Below, one piece after another: positions 1 to 7,607 of a DNA stretch of 32,000 nucleotides. The stretch's first letter is position 1, and each line of letters starts with the position of its first letter. This DNA is from Kiritimatiella glycovorans. GTDB taxonomy: Bacteria; Verrucomicrobiota; Kiritimatiellia; Kiritimatiellales; Kiritimatiellaceae. The position numbers and the translations under genes are program-made. A model generated the notes under the pieces. The model ran no database searches. It was not told the DNA's origin and saw nothing but the letters and a program-made list of their open reading frames with translations. The stretch spans positions 2,040,001-2,072,000 of the forward strand of contig NZ_CP010904.1 of assembly GCF_001017655.1 (NCBI RefSeq), read 5' to 3'.

Positions 1-150
1 CCCCCCCTTCAGCGCCACGTACATCGACCCCGGCGTCACACACCGGCTGTCGTGAACCACGCCGCGCAGGACCACCGGCGGAGCGCCCTTCCACGCCCCC
101 CCGCTCCAGCGGGCCAGGTCTTCCGCTTTGAATTCCGGTATCGGCGTCAT
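1..150 (-). CDS. murF: UDP-N-acetylmuramoyl-tripeptide--D-alanyl-D-alanine ligase MurF, first 50 codons only (gene runs off the window start)
   Basis: Reverse-strand translation from the ATG at 150-148 gives MTPIPEFKAEDLARWSGGAWKGAPPVVLRGVVHDSRCVTPGSMYVALKGG. This is a typical MurF N-terminus (..DSR.v.pG..fvAlkG). There is an ATGA stop/start overlap with murE at 147-150, and the gene follows murE as expected in a dcw cluster. Confidence 0.7.
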   Translation of the reverse strand, partial: MTPIPEFKAEDLARWSGGAWKGAPPVVLRGVVHDSRCVTPGSMYVALKGG

Positions 151-1604
151 CGCTTTTTCTTCTCCGCCAGGTATTCCGCGGCGACTTCACGGTCGTCGAA
201 CGGGATCCGGGTGTCCGCGAACTCCTGTACGGTCTCGTGTCCCTTGCCCGCAATCAGCAGGAGGTCGTCTTCGCCGAGCCGTTCGATCCCGCGGCGGATC
301 GCGTCGCGCCGATCGAGCACGATCTCATATTGGTCCTCCGAATCAAAACCCTTTGCGATCTCCGCCGCGATTTGAGCGGGATCTTCGCGCCGGGGATTGT
401 CCGTCGTGATCACCGCCCCGTCGGCCAGGCGCGCCGCCACGCGCCCCATCCTCCCGCGCTTGGCGGTATCGCGGCAGCCGCCGCAGCCGAAGACGACGAA
501 CAGCCGGCCCCGGCGGAACTCGCGCAGGGCACCGAGTACGTTCTCGAGCGCATCGTCCGTGTGAGCGTAATCCACCCATACGCGGCGGTCGCCCGCGACG
601 GGTTCCAGGCGACCCGGCACGGGACGCATCCGCTCGAGCGCATGCACGGCCGCGGCGGGGTCCACGCCGAGCGCGCCGCAGGTGGCGATGGCGGCCAGCG
701 CATTGCAGGCATTGAAGCGTCCCGGCAGCGGAAGCATCAGTTCACCGTCGCCCCAGGGGGTCCACAGCCGGAGCCGCGTGCCCTCGCGGCGGATATCGAC
801 GACCTCCCCGCGCACATCGGCGCCGGGTGAACATCCGAATCCGATCCGGCCCGAGGCCCCCGCCGGGAGCCGGTCCGCGCGGGGATCGTCCGCATTGATC
901 ACGGCGCAGCCGGGTTTGCGCTGCTGTCCGAGCATGGTGAAGAGGCGTCGTTTGACCTCGAAATACTCCTCTTCCGTACCGTGGTAATCCAGGTGTTCCG
1001 AGCTCAGGTTGGTGAAGACGGCCGCATCGAATTCGATCCCCCAGACCCGATCCTGGGCGAGGGCGTGGGAGGAGACCTCCAGCACCGCGCTCGTACATCC
1101 GTGGTCGACCATCCGCCGCAGCAGACCCTGCAGTTCCGTGGCCTCCGGGGTCGTCCTCGACGCGGGCATCCGGTGTTCGCCGATCTCGTAGCGCACCGTG
1201 CCGATCAGTCCCGTCTTTTGTCCCGCCGCCCGCAGAATCGTGCGCACCATGAACGCGGTGGTGGTCTTGCCGTTGGTGCCGGTAATGCCGACCAGTTCGA
1301 GATTCGCGGAGGGCCCCTCGAAGCAGGCCCGGGCCAGGGCCGCCAGTGCGCGGCGGGCATCGTCCACACGCACGTAGGGCACGCCGCATTCTCCGGGCTC
1401 TTCGCCCGATCCGACGACCGCGACGGCGCCCCGCGCCACGGCCTCGGGAATGAAATCCGCCCCCTCGTGCTCCTGGCCCGGCACGGCGACGAACACATGC
1501 CCCGGACGGACCCGGCGGGAGTCATGGCTCACGCCCGTGATCTCCCGGTCCGGCGGCCGCCCGCCCCGCAGTTCGACGTGTTCTAGAAGCTCGCTCAGTT
1601 TCAT
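147..1604 (-). CDS. murE: UDP-N-acetylmuramoyl-L-alanyl-D-glutamate--2,6-diaminopimelate ligase (MurE)
   Basis: 485-aa ORF with the Mur ligase P-loop GITGTNGKTTT, the N-terminal ..GVSHDSRRVRPGHVFVAVPG.. motif and a C-terminal ..DNPR.EDP.. motif. It lies between ftsI and murF. Confidence 0.95.
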   Translation of the reverse strand: MKLSELLEHVELRGGRPPDREITGVSHDSRRVRPGHVFVAVPGQEHEGADFIPEAVARGAVAVVGSGEEPGECGVPYVRVDDARRALAALARACFEGPSANLELVGITGTNGKTTTAFMVRTILRAAGQKTGLIGTVRYEIGEHRMPASRTTPEATELQGLLRRMVDHGCTSAVLEVSSHALAQDRVWGIEFDAAVFTNLSSEHLDYHGTEEEYFEVKRRLFTMLGQQRKPGCAVINADDPRADRLPAGASGRIGFGCSPGADVRGEVVDIRREGTRLRLWTPWGDGELMLPLPGRFNACNALAAIATCGALGVDPAAAVHALERMRPVPGRLEPVAGDRRVWVDYAHTDDALENVLGALREFRRGRLFVVFGCGGCRDTAKRGRMGRVAARLADGAVITTDNPRREDPAQIAAEIAKGFDSEDQYEIVLDRRDAIRRGIERLGEDDLLLIAGKGHETVQEFADTRIPFDDREVAAEYLAEKKKR

Positions 1605-1632
1605 GTCTTACTCAGGTCTCAGGTTTCCCGCT

Positions 1633-1704
1633 CCCTCTGACTCTGACTCTGACTCTCCCTCTGACTCTGATTCTGACTCTGATTCTGATTCTGACTCTGA
1701 TCCC
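1633..1704. repeat. Tandem hexanucleotide array, 12 units (6x GACTCT, 3x GATTCT, 2x CCCTCT, 1x GATCCC), in the ftsI-murE spacer
   Basis: Read directly from 1633-1704: CCCTCT GACTCT GACTCT GACTCT CCCTCT GACTCT GATTCT GACTCT GATTCT GATTCT GACTCT GATCCC. It fills most of the 101-nt gap between the ftsI stop (1706) and the murE start (1604). Confidence 0.95.
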
Positions 1705-1705
1705 C

Positions 1706-3439
1706 TCAGAATCCTTCCGCCGTATAGAACTCCTCCGTTCCGTCGGCCGGGATGCCGAGAAAGCGGAGCGTCTCTTCGCCTATTTCCGCGAACGCGGGTG
1801 CGGCGACCCGTCCACCGGTTCCCCCGTCCTCGGGATCGTCCACGACCACGATAATGCCGATCTCCGGCCGGTCGGCGGGCACGAATCCGACGAAGGAGGC
1901 GACGGTGCGGCTGCGCAGGTAGCGGCCGTCCGGTCCGATCTTCTGGGCCGTGCCGGTTTTGCCTGCCACCTCGAACCCCTCGATCGCCGCCTGCGGCGCC
2001 GTGCCGCCCTCTCCGGTCACGCGCGCCATCATCGCGCGCATCTGATGCGCCACGCGCGGGGAGACGGCCCGGTCGAGTGGTTCGCGGCGGTTTTCAAGAA
2101 CTACATCTTCTCCACCGCGGGTGACGCGCTTGATCACGCTCGGACGCAGTCTGCGCCCGTCGTTGGCGATCGTGCAGACGGCGTTGAGCATCTGCAGGGC
2201 GGTGACGCCGATCTCGTGTCCCATCGCGAGGCGCGTGATACTGATCTTCGACCACCGTTCGGCGGGGGCGAAGAGCCCGCCCTCCTCGGCCGGGAGTTCC
2301 GTACCCGGTTTTTCGCCGAAGCCGAAAGACCGGAAGTACCGTTCCAGCGGTTCTTCCCCGAGGCGAAGCGCGATCTTGGCCGCGCCGATATTGCTCGATT
2401 TCTTCAGCACGTCGGCCACCGTGAGCGGGCCGTACGCGTGACCGTGGTATTCGCTGAGCGACCTCCCGCCGTAGTACCACCGTCCGGCCTCGCAGTCGAT
2501 GATCTCATCGGTCCTGACCGCTCCGGCGTCGAGCGCCGAGGCGACGGTGACGGCCTTCATGGTCGAACCCGGTTCATAGACGAACTCCACGGCCCGGTTG
2601 CGGCGCCATTCCGGCCTCGCGTCGCCGTAGCGGTTCGGATCGTAGGAGGGAGCGGATGCCATGGCGAGAATTTCACCCGTCCGGACCCGCTGGACGACGG
2701 CCCAGGCCCCGGCCGCGCGATGCCTGGTGAAGGCCTTCTGGACCGCGCGTTCGGCGATGTACTGGATCTGCTGATCGAGAGTGAGGTAGACGTCCGCCCC
2801 CGATTCGGGGGGCTGCTCGAGCACGCGCCGCGAATAGATCTCGCGGCCCGATCCGTCGCGCTCGCCCACGCGGCGTCCCGGCGTCCCTTTCAGGTAGCGG
2901 TCCATCGCCAGTTCCACGCCCGCGCAGCCGTCGTTGAGCGTATTGGCGAATCCGACGACGTGGGCCATCAGCGGCCCCTTGGGATAATGGCGGCGGTAGG
3001 CCTCCTCGAGAAAAACGCCCGGCAGTTCGAGCGCCGTCACGGACTCCGCGGTCTCGGAACTCACATACTTGCGCAGACGGACGTAACGCCGTTTCGGGCG
3101 GTCGAGTTTTTCCGCGATTTCGGCTGCGTCGGTCCCCAGAACGCCGGCCAGCCGGGTGGCCACCGAGTCCACCGCACCGTGGCCGAGAATATAGGCCGGA
3201 TCGGCGCAGACGTGTTTACGCGCCAGATCGAGGGCGAACAGATTCCCGCGGCGGTCCAGTATACGTCCGCGGCGTGCCGCGACCTCCTCGTTGATCTGCT
3301 GGGAACCGCGGATCGTCTGCTGGTAGGGCGCTTCCAGGTGAAAGTGCAGCAGGTAAAGGCGGAACCCGAGGCCGGTGAACGCGGCCGCGAAGAAGATCGT
3401 GCACAGCACTACCCGTGTTTTACCCCGTCGATTCTTCAT
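1706..3439 (-). CDS. ftsI: Peptidoglycan D,D-transpeptidase FtsI (class B penicillin-binding protein, PBP3-like)
   Basis: 577-aa ORF with an N-terminal membrane anchor (VVLCTIFFAAAFTGLGF) and the transpeptidase motifs STMK (SxxK), SSN and KTGT. It sits in dcw cluster context. Confidence 0.93.
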   Translation of the reverse strand: MKNRRGKTRVVLCTIFFAAAFTGLGFRLYLLHFHLEAPYQQTIRGSQQINEEVAARRGRILDRRGNLFALDLARKHVCADPAYILGHGAVDSVATRLAGVLGTDAAEIAEKLDRPKRRYVRLRKYVSSETAESVTALELPGVFLEEAYRRHYPKGPLMAHVVGFANTLNDGCAGVELAMDRYLKGTPGRRVGERDGSGREIYSRRVLEQPPESGADVYLTLDQQIQYIAERAVQKAFTRHRAAGAWAVVQRVRTGEILAMASAPSYDPNRYGDARPEWRRNRAVEFVYEPGSTMKAVTVASALDAGAVRTDEIIDCEAGRWYYGGRSLSEYHGHAYGPLTVADVLKKSSNIGAAKIALRLGEEPLERYFRSFGFGEKPGTELPAEEGGLFAPAERWSKISITRLAMGHEIGVTALQMLNAVCTIANDGRRLRPSVIKRVTRGGEDVVLENRREPLDRAVSPRVAHQMRAMMARVTGEGGTAPQAAIEGFEVAGKTGTAQKIGPDGRYLRSRTVASFVGFVPADRPEIGIIVVVDDPEDGGTGGRVAAPAFAEIGEETLRFLGIPADGTEEFYTAEGF

Positions 3440-3831
3440 TCATATTGCATCCGCCGGCCGGATCCCGCGTCGGAGCGCGCCAGCGAAACCACCCGCTGAT
3501 CGCCGTCGAACGGATGGATCACGCGGACCACCCGGTCCGCCCGCGGCCGCACCATCCGCAGGTCGTGACTGTGGAGAATACGCTGGAAATTCGCCGGTGT
3601 GATCAGGTTGGCCCAGCGGTCCTGCTCGTTGCTCAGTTCCTTGGCCAGCGTCTCGTACCGGGTCTCCATCCGCGTTATGCGGCTGCCCAGCGAATCGCAG
3701 CGGAGATTCAGCCACAGATAGACGAATCCCAGGGCCGCCCCGGCGACGAGGAAAAGCGCGAGCGAGACGACCCATACCGGCCCGCTTCTGCGGCGGGACG
3801 ACCGGCGCCGGTTTCTGCGTTTCTTTTTCAT
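3436..3831 (-). CDS. ftsL: FtsL-like cell division protein (small bitopic membrane protein)
   Basis: 131-aa ORF with a basic N-terminus, one TM helix (VWVVSLALFLVAGAALGFVYLWL) and then a heptad-like segment. It lies between rsmH and ftsI, with ATGA overlaps at both ends (3828-3831 and 3436-3439). The assignment is by position and topology, not by sequence motif. Confidence 0.6.
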   Translation of the reverse strand: MKKKRRNRRRSSRRRSGPVWVVSLALFLVAGAALGFVYLWLNLRCDSLGSRITRMETRYETLAKELSNEQDRWANLITPANFQRILHSHDLRMVRPRADRVVRVIHPFDGDQRVVSLARSDAGSGRRMQYE

Positions 3832-4814
3832 TCCTCTTCTCCCGGTTCGCGCTCCGCGACCCGAAGCTTGGCCGAGCGCGCGCGCGGATTGGCGTGCCGT
3901 TCCTCATCACCGGCCATGACCGGTTTCTTCGTAATCCACTTGACGGGGGGCATCAGACCCTCGCGCCGGACCCCGCCCTCCTGCAGGCTGAGCCAGCGCA
4001 CCCGGTGCGCCCCGACCGTGTGCTTGACGCAACGGTCCTCCAGGCTGTGAAAACTGATCACCGCCAGCCGTCCGCCGGGCGCGAGCACCGACAGGGCCCC
4101 CTCCAGCCCCGCCTCCAGGTGTTCCAGTTCGCGGTTCACGACCATCCGCAGCGCTTGAAAGACGCGCGTGGCCGGATGAATCCGCCGTTCGTGACGCCGC
4201 CGGGCGCGACAGACGATTTCCGCGAGCCGCGCGGTGCGCGTGATCGGCCCCGACGTGCGCTCGCGAACGATGGCGCGCGCGACCGCGCCCGCCTCGCGCT
4301 CCTCGCCGTAGCGGCGGAACCACTCCGCGAGCTGCTCCACATCGGCGCCGTTGACGAGATCCGCGGCCGTGGTGCCGCCGCTGCGGTCCATTCTCATGTC
4401 CAGCGGCCCGTCGTGCATGAAACTCATGCCCCGCTCCGCATCGCCGATCTGGAACGAACTGACGCCCAGGTCGAGCAGCACGCCGCTGATCCTCCCCCGC
4501 AGCAAGGGGTCAAGCGCGTGCTCGAGTTGCGCATAATTCGCATGGATCATATCGACGCGGTCTCCATAAGCTGAAAGCCGACGGCGCGCGCGCGCCAGGA
4601 CTTCGCGGTCGCGGTCCATCCCGATCAGCCGGGCCCCGGCTCCGAGTTCCGCCAGCGCGGCGGCGGCATGCCCCGCCCCGCCGATCGTGCCGTCCACGTA
4701 AATGCCGTCGGGATCCGTGATCCAGTACTCCAGCACTTCGTCGAGCAGCACCGGCACGTGCTCGTTGCAGTCCGGGTCGGGCTCAGCCGCGGGCTCTGCG
4801 GGACAGGCGAACAT
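3828..4814 (-). CDS. rsmH: 16S rRNA (cytosine1402-N4)-methyltransferase RsmH (MraW)
   Basis: Translation from the ATG at 4814 (MFACPAEP...HVPVLLDEVLEY..DGTIGGAGHA..LLDLGVSSFQ..ISFHSLEDR) matches RsmH hallmarks. A GAGAGGAG Shine-Dalgarno lies about 8 nt upstream. The track ORF 3828-5366 extends 5' in a frame that overlaps mraZ, and that extension is rejected. Confidence 0.93.
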   Translation of the reverse strand: MFACPAEPAAEPDPDCNEHVPVLLDEVLEYWITDPDGIYVDGTIGGAGHAAAALAELGAGARLIGMDRDREVLARARRRLSAYGDRVDMIHANYAQLEHALDPLLRGRISGVLLDLGVSSFQIGDAERGMSFMHDGPLDMRMDRSGGTTAADLVNGADVEQLAEWFRRYGEEREAGAVARAIVRERTSGPITRTARLAEIVCRARRRHERRIHPATRVFQALRMVVNRELEHLEAGLEGALSVLAPGGRLAVISFHSLEDRCVKHTVGAHRVRWLSLQEGGVRREGLMPPVKWITKKPVMAGDEERHANPRARSAKLRVAEREPGEEE

Positions 4815-4840
4815 TTCGCGACTCCTCTCAATTGATCCGG

Positions 4841-5296
4841 TCAGAATCCGGCGTAGCGGGCGGCCTCCGCCAGCCCGCCTTCCGCGCTCTCCCTCGAGAC
4901 ACGGTCGAACTCCCCGGGCGACCATACCTCGAACCGGAAAAACGCCCCCGAAAGGACGACCTGCGCCTCGATTCCGGCGTGCTCGAGCAGGGCGTCGTTG
5001 ATGCGGATGCGGCCCTGGGAATCCCACACCGCCGAACTCGCCTGGGAGGCCACCTGGCGCAGCAGCGTGCGGGCCTTCTCGTCGGCCACCGACAGGTCGC
5101 GCACCTTCTGCATGCGGCGGGTCATCTCCTGGGCCGTGTAGACATAGAGACATCTTTCCTCGATGCCCGGGATCACGTACACGCGGTTCGTCTCCGCCAT
5201 CAGTGCGCGCCACTCGGACGGAATGGTCAGCCGGCGCTTCGGATCCAAAGCGTGCCGGTACGTCCCTACAAAGACGCCCTGTTCCATTCCGTCCAT
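4841..5296 (-). CDS. mraZ: Transcriptional regulator MraZ
   Basis: ..FVGTYRHALDPKRRLTIPSEWR.. and a second ..DSQGRIRINDALLEHAG.. half-domain are the duplicated MraZ/SpoVT-AbrB signature. The start is ATG 5296 (MDGMEQG..) or ATG 5287 (MEQGVF..). The GTG at 5356 used by the track would run through the putative operator. Confidence 0.9.
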   Translation of the reverse strand: MDGMEQGVFVGTYRHALDPKRRLTIPSEWRALMAETNRVYVIPGIEERCLYVYTAQEMTRRMQKVRDLSVADEKARTLLRQVASQASSAVWDSQGRIRINDALLEHAGIEAQVVLSGAFFRFEVWSPGEFDRVSRESAEGGLAEAARYAGF

Positions 5297-5310
5297 CAGA
5301 CTGCACTGCC

Positions 5311-5366
5311 TCCCACGGTCCTTCCTTTCGCCCCACTTTGTGACACTTCGCCCCACCTTGTGTCAA
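5311..5366 (-). promoter_or_regulatory. Putative mraZ/dcw promoter region: TTGACA -35-like hexamer plus three GTGGG(G/A) boxes spaced exactly 20 bp (candidate MraZ operator)
   Basis: On the reverse strand there is TTGACA at 5366-5361. GTGGGGCGAA occurs at 5356-5347 and again at 5336-5327, and GTGGGA at 5316-5311. All lie 15-70 nt upstream of the mraZ start. Confidence 0.5.
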
Positions 5367-5499
5367 TAAACTTTTTTCTTATTTGTTAAGAGGGAGTTAG
5401 AGAACGTCACCCCACGGAGGACCCCGTGTGCGCGAAAGACGGGCTCCGGTGCAATGATTTAGGACGCAGGGGTTTACGCGCCGGGAAAGCGGGGAGCGC

Positions 5500-6540
5500 T
5501 CAATGCTGCGCGCGGGCCCTAAGCTGGCCGCAGGCGGCGCCGTGGTGGACCCCCCGGGAGCGGCGGAGCGTGGCATGGACCCCTGCCCGGTCCAGTTCGC
5601 GGATAAACCGTTCGGCCTGTTTCGGGTCGGGCGCGCAGCCTTCGTACTCTTCGACCGGGCTGAGCGGGATCAGGTTGACGCGGGAAGGAAAGCGGGAAAG
5701 CCGGCGCGCAAGTTCGCGGGCGTGGGCGGGCGTGTCGTTGACGCCGGCGATCAGGGTATACTCGAAGGTCACGATCCGGCCGGTCCTCCCGGTATAGTCC
5801 GCGCAGGTCGTGAGGAGTGCGTCGAGCGGCCAGCGCCGGTTGGCCGGCATCAGCCGGCTGCGCAGTTCGTCCTCCGGCGCGTGCAGCGACACCGAGAGTT
5901 CAAACTGTTCCGGCTCGCGGGCCAGGCGTTCGATTCCCGGAATGACGCCGCAGGTGCTGAAGGTGATCCGCCGCGCGCCGATATTCGCGCCGTCGGGGTG
6001 GTTGAGAATACGGGCCGACTTCAGCACCGCTTCGAGATTGTCCAGGGGCTCCCCGACGCCCATATAGACCACGTGGGTAACCTTGCGCTCCGCCGACCCG
6101 TCCTCGGAGATCCGTTCGGCGGTCCGCCACTGCGCGATGATTTCCCCCGGCTCCAGGTCCCGGATGAAGCCGGCCCTGCCGCTCGCGCAGAAGGCGCAGG
6201 CAAAGCGGCACCCGACCTGGCTGGACAGGCAGAGCGTCATGCGTCCGCGGGCGGGGATCAAAACCGACTCGATCCGGTGTCCGTCGCGCAGGTCGGCGAC
6301 CAGTTTGCGCGTATCGCCCGCCTCCCCGTGGACCTCGACCTCCGCGAAGGCCTGAAGCTCGAGGCGGTCTGCCAGCCGCCTCCGCAACGCTTGCGGCAGG
6401 TTGGCCATGGCATCCCAGGATCCGGCCCGGTGCACGTACAGCCAGTTCCAGAGCTGCTTCGCCCGGAACCCCGGCTCGCCCATCTCTTCGCACAGCGTGG
6501 CGAGTTCGTCCCGGCTGTAATTATGAATCAGCGGCTTCAT
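5500..6540 (-). CDS. rlmN: 23S rRNA/tRNA (adenine-C2)-methyltransferase RlmN (radical SAM)
   Basis: From the ATG at 6540: MKPLIHNYSRDELATLCEEMGEPGFRAKQLWNWLY.. (RlmN N-domain). It carries the radical-SAM cluster motif CRFACAFCASG and a C-terminal ..GAACGQL.. motif. Confidence 0.93.
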   Translation of the reverse strand: MKPLIHNYSRDELATLCEEMGEPGFRAKQLWNWLYVHRAGSWDAMANLPQALRRRLADRLELQAFAEVEVHGEAGDTRKLVADLRDGHRIESVLIPARGRMTLCLSSQVGCRFACAFCASGRAGFIRDLEPGEIIAQWRTAERISEDGSAERKVTHVVYMGVGEPLDNLEAVLKSARILNHPDGANIGARRITFSTCGVIPGIERLAREPEQFELSVSLHAPEDELRSRLMPANRRWPLDALLTTCADYTGRTGRIVTFEYTLIAGVNDTPAHARELARRLSRFPSRVNLIPLSPVEEYEGCAPDPKQAERFIRELDRAGVHATLRRSRGVHHGAACGQLRARAQH

Positions 6541-6695
6541 CGGACCAGCCTCGCACGAAACGCCGCGGCGGGGAAGGAATCGATGCGGACCCGTCTTACC
6601 CTCACGGGGAACGGGAAAAGCCCGCAACGGTTTTTACTCGGATGAAAAACCGGGTTTGTTAGACTTTTCCGCGGAACCATTGGGAATAGAGAACT

Positions 6696-7253
6696 ATGCG
6701 CAGCGACAGCATTTCATACATTTTTGATGTCGCAGGAAATCAGCTGCCACACGCGGGCGTGGACTTCCTCATGATCGGCGGCCACGCCGTCAACTACTAT
6801 GGATTCAGCCGCGCGACCATCGATGTAGACTTCATAGTGGCCGCTGAGGATATGGGGACGGTACGCACCGTCATGAAAGAGGCCGGATTCTCGAATATTT
6901 CCCAGTCGGAAAATGTGGTTTTCTTCAACAAACCCGGCACGCCCGTTCGGGTCGATTTCCTGCAGGTTGACGCCGACACCATCAGGGCCCTGCTCTCCGA
7001 TGCCCATGCGGTCGAATATGGCGGATCAACGATCAAGGTCCCCAGCCTGAACGACCTGATTTCGATGAAACTCTTCGCGCTGAAAAACGGAACTGCTGAA
7101 CGATGGGAAAAGGACTTCCCCGACATTGCCCATCTGGCGGCTGAAAACAATCTGGACCCTGAACAGGACCTCAAACCCCTCTGCGAACGGTTCGCGGACG
7201 AAGGGATTTACTCAAAACTTGCTGCTCGGATAAAGGAACTCGACCATGATTAG
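6696..7253 (+). CDS. Minimal nucleotidyltransferase-fold protein (Pol-beta superfamily; DUF2204/DUF6036/AbiEii-like by motif); function unknown
   Basis: 185-aa ORF with the G[GS]-x(12)-D-x-D NTase signature (IGGHAVNYYGFSRATIDVDFIV) and a C-terminal ..SLNDLISMKLFAL...R.KDFPDIAHL.. helix typical of that family. It sits in an AT-richer stretch; 60-nt lines I counted were about 40-47% G+C, against about 65-70% in the flanking genes. Confidence 0.7.
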   Translation: MRSDSISYIFDVAGNQLPHAGVDFLMIGGHAVNYYGFSRATIDVDFIVAAEDMGTVRTVMKEAGFSNISQSENVVFFNKPGTPVRVDFLQVDADTIRALLSDAHAVEYGGSTIKVPSLNDLISMKLFALKNGTAERWEKDFPDIAHLAAENNLDPEQDLKPLCERFADEGIYSKLAARIKELDHD

Positions 7254-7434
7254 GCATCCCGACATGCATGGCGTCCGGGAACCCCGGAAAAAACGGATGT
7301 CGCCTGCGGAGTACATCAGCTTCTGCGATTTCTGCATCAGGAACAATCCGCGGATCACACCGCAAAACTGCATGGAACGCAAAACGGGAGAAGAAACCAT
7401 AACGACTCCCTTCAAACGATTCGGTTCTTCGTAG
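7246..7434 (+). CDS. Hypothetical 62-aa protein overlapping the nucleotidyltransferase gene by 8 nt
   Basis: The ATG at 7246 overlaps the upstream TAG (7251-7253). Third codon positions are more G/C-rich than the local average, which is weak coding evidence. I recognise no motif. The ORF ends immediately before repeat copy C. Confidence 0.35.
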   Translation: MIRHPDMHGVREPRKKRMSPAEYISFCDFCIRNNPRITPQNCMERKTGEETITTPFKRFGSS

Positions 7435-7439
7435 ATTTT

Positions 7440-7505
7440 TTATGTTCACCCCTTCATGTCCTTCATGGTGAATCCCATTTTCTCTCCCCCTCTGAATCTC
7501 CCGCA
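7440..7505 (-). repeat. Dispersed intergenic repeat, copy C (core CCATGAAGGACATGAAGGGGTGAACATAA preceded by a purine-rich GATTCAGAGGGGGAGAGAAA segment)
   Basis: The reverse complement of 7440-7468 matches 24201-24229 at 28 of 29 positions. The flanking purine-rich part is also similar to 24168-24200. Confidence 0.85.
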
Positions 7506-7607
7506 TCCCACCTTTCCCGGGAACCCTTCCATAAACACAGCGAAGGGTCTGTCCCTTCTTGACTCGCGCGGCGGGCTCGAACATGGTAACCCTGAAAAGA
7601 GGTGACC

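Noticed and set aside
1450-1854. ORF encoding an SDSDSDSPSDSDSDSDSDSDSD repeat protein.
   Set aside because: The Ser-Asp repeat is simply the translation of the intergenic GAYTCT hexamer array. The rest of the ORF is antisense to murE and ftsI.
2045-3499. Long antisense or alternative-frame ORFs across the dcw, rlmN, leuB, ktrB, rib and secreted-protein genes. Examples are 2045-3499, 5503-6645, 15426-16667, 16547-17815, 19055-20611, 20065-21591, 20808-22547, 22856-23950 and 25349-26614.
   Set aside because: The reasoning is the same as above: low-complexity Arg/Pro/Gly-rich translations, and each is fully overlapped by a well-supported gene in another frame or strand.
4815-5366. N-terminal 184-aa extension of the track ORF 3828-5366, which would make RsmH 512 aa long.
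   Set aside because: The extension overlaps mraZ in a different frame and is Gly/Arg/Pro-rich. A good SD plus ATG at 4814 gives a normal-length RsmH that starts just before the conserved HVPVLL motif.
6628-6652. 8-bp hairpin CGGTTTTT-N9-AAAAACCG followed by GGTTTGTT, which resembles an intrinsic terminator on the + strand.
   Set aside because: No + strand gene lies upstream of it, because rlmN is on the reverse strand and starts at 6540. It may be a relic at the islet boundary or an insulator, but I cannot support a functional call.
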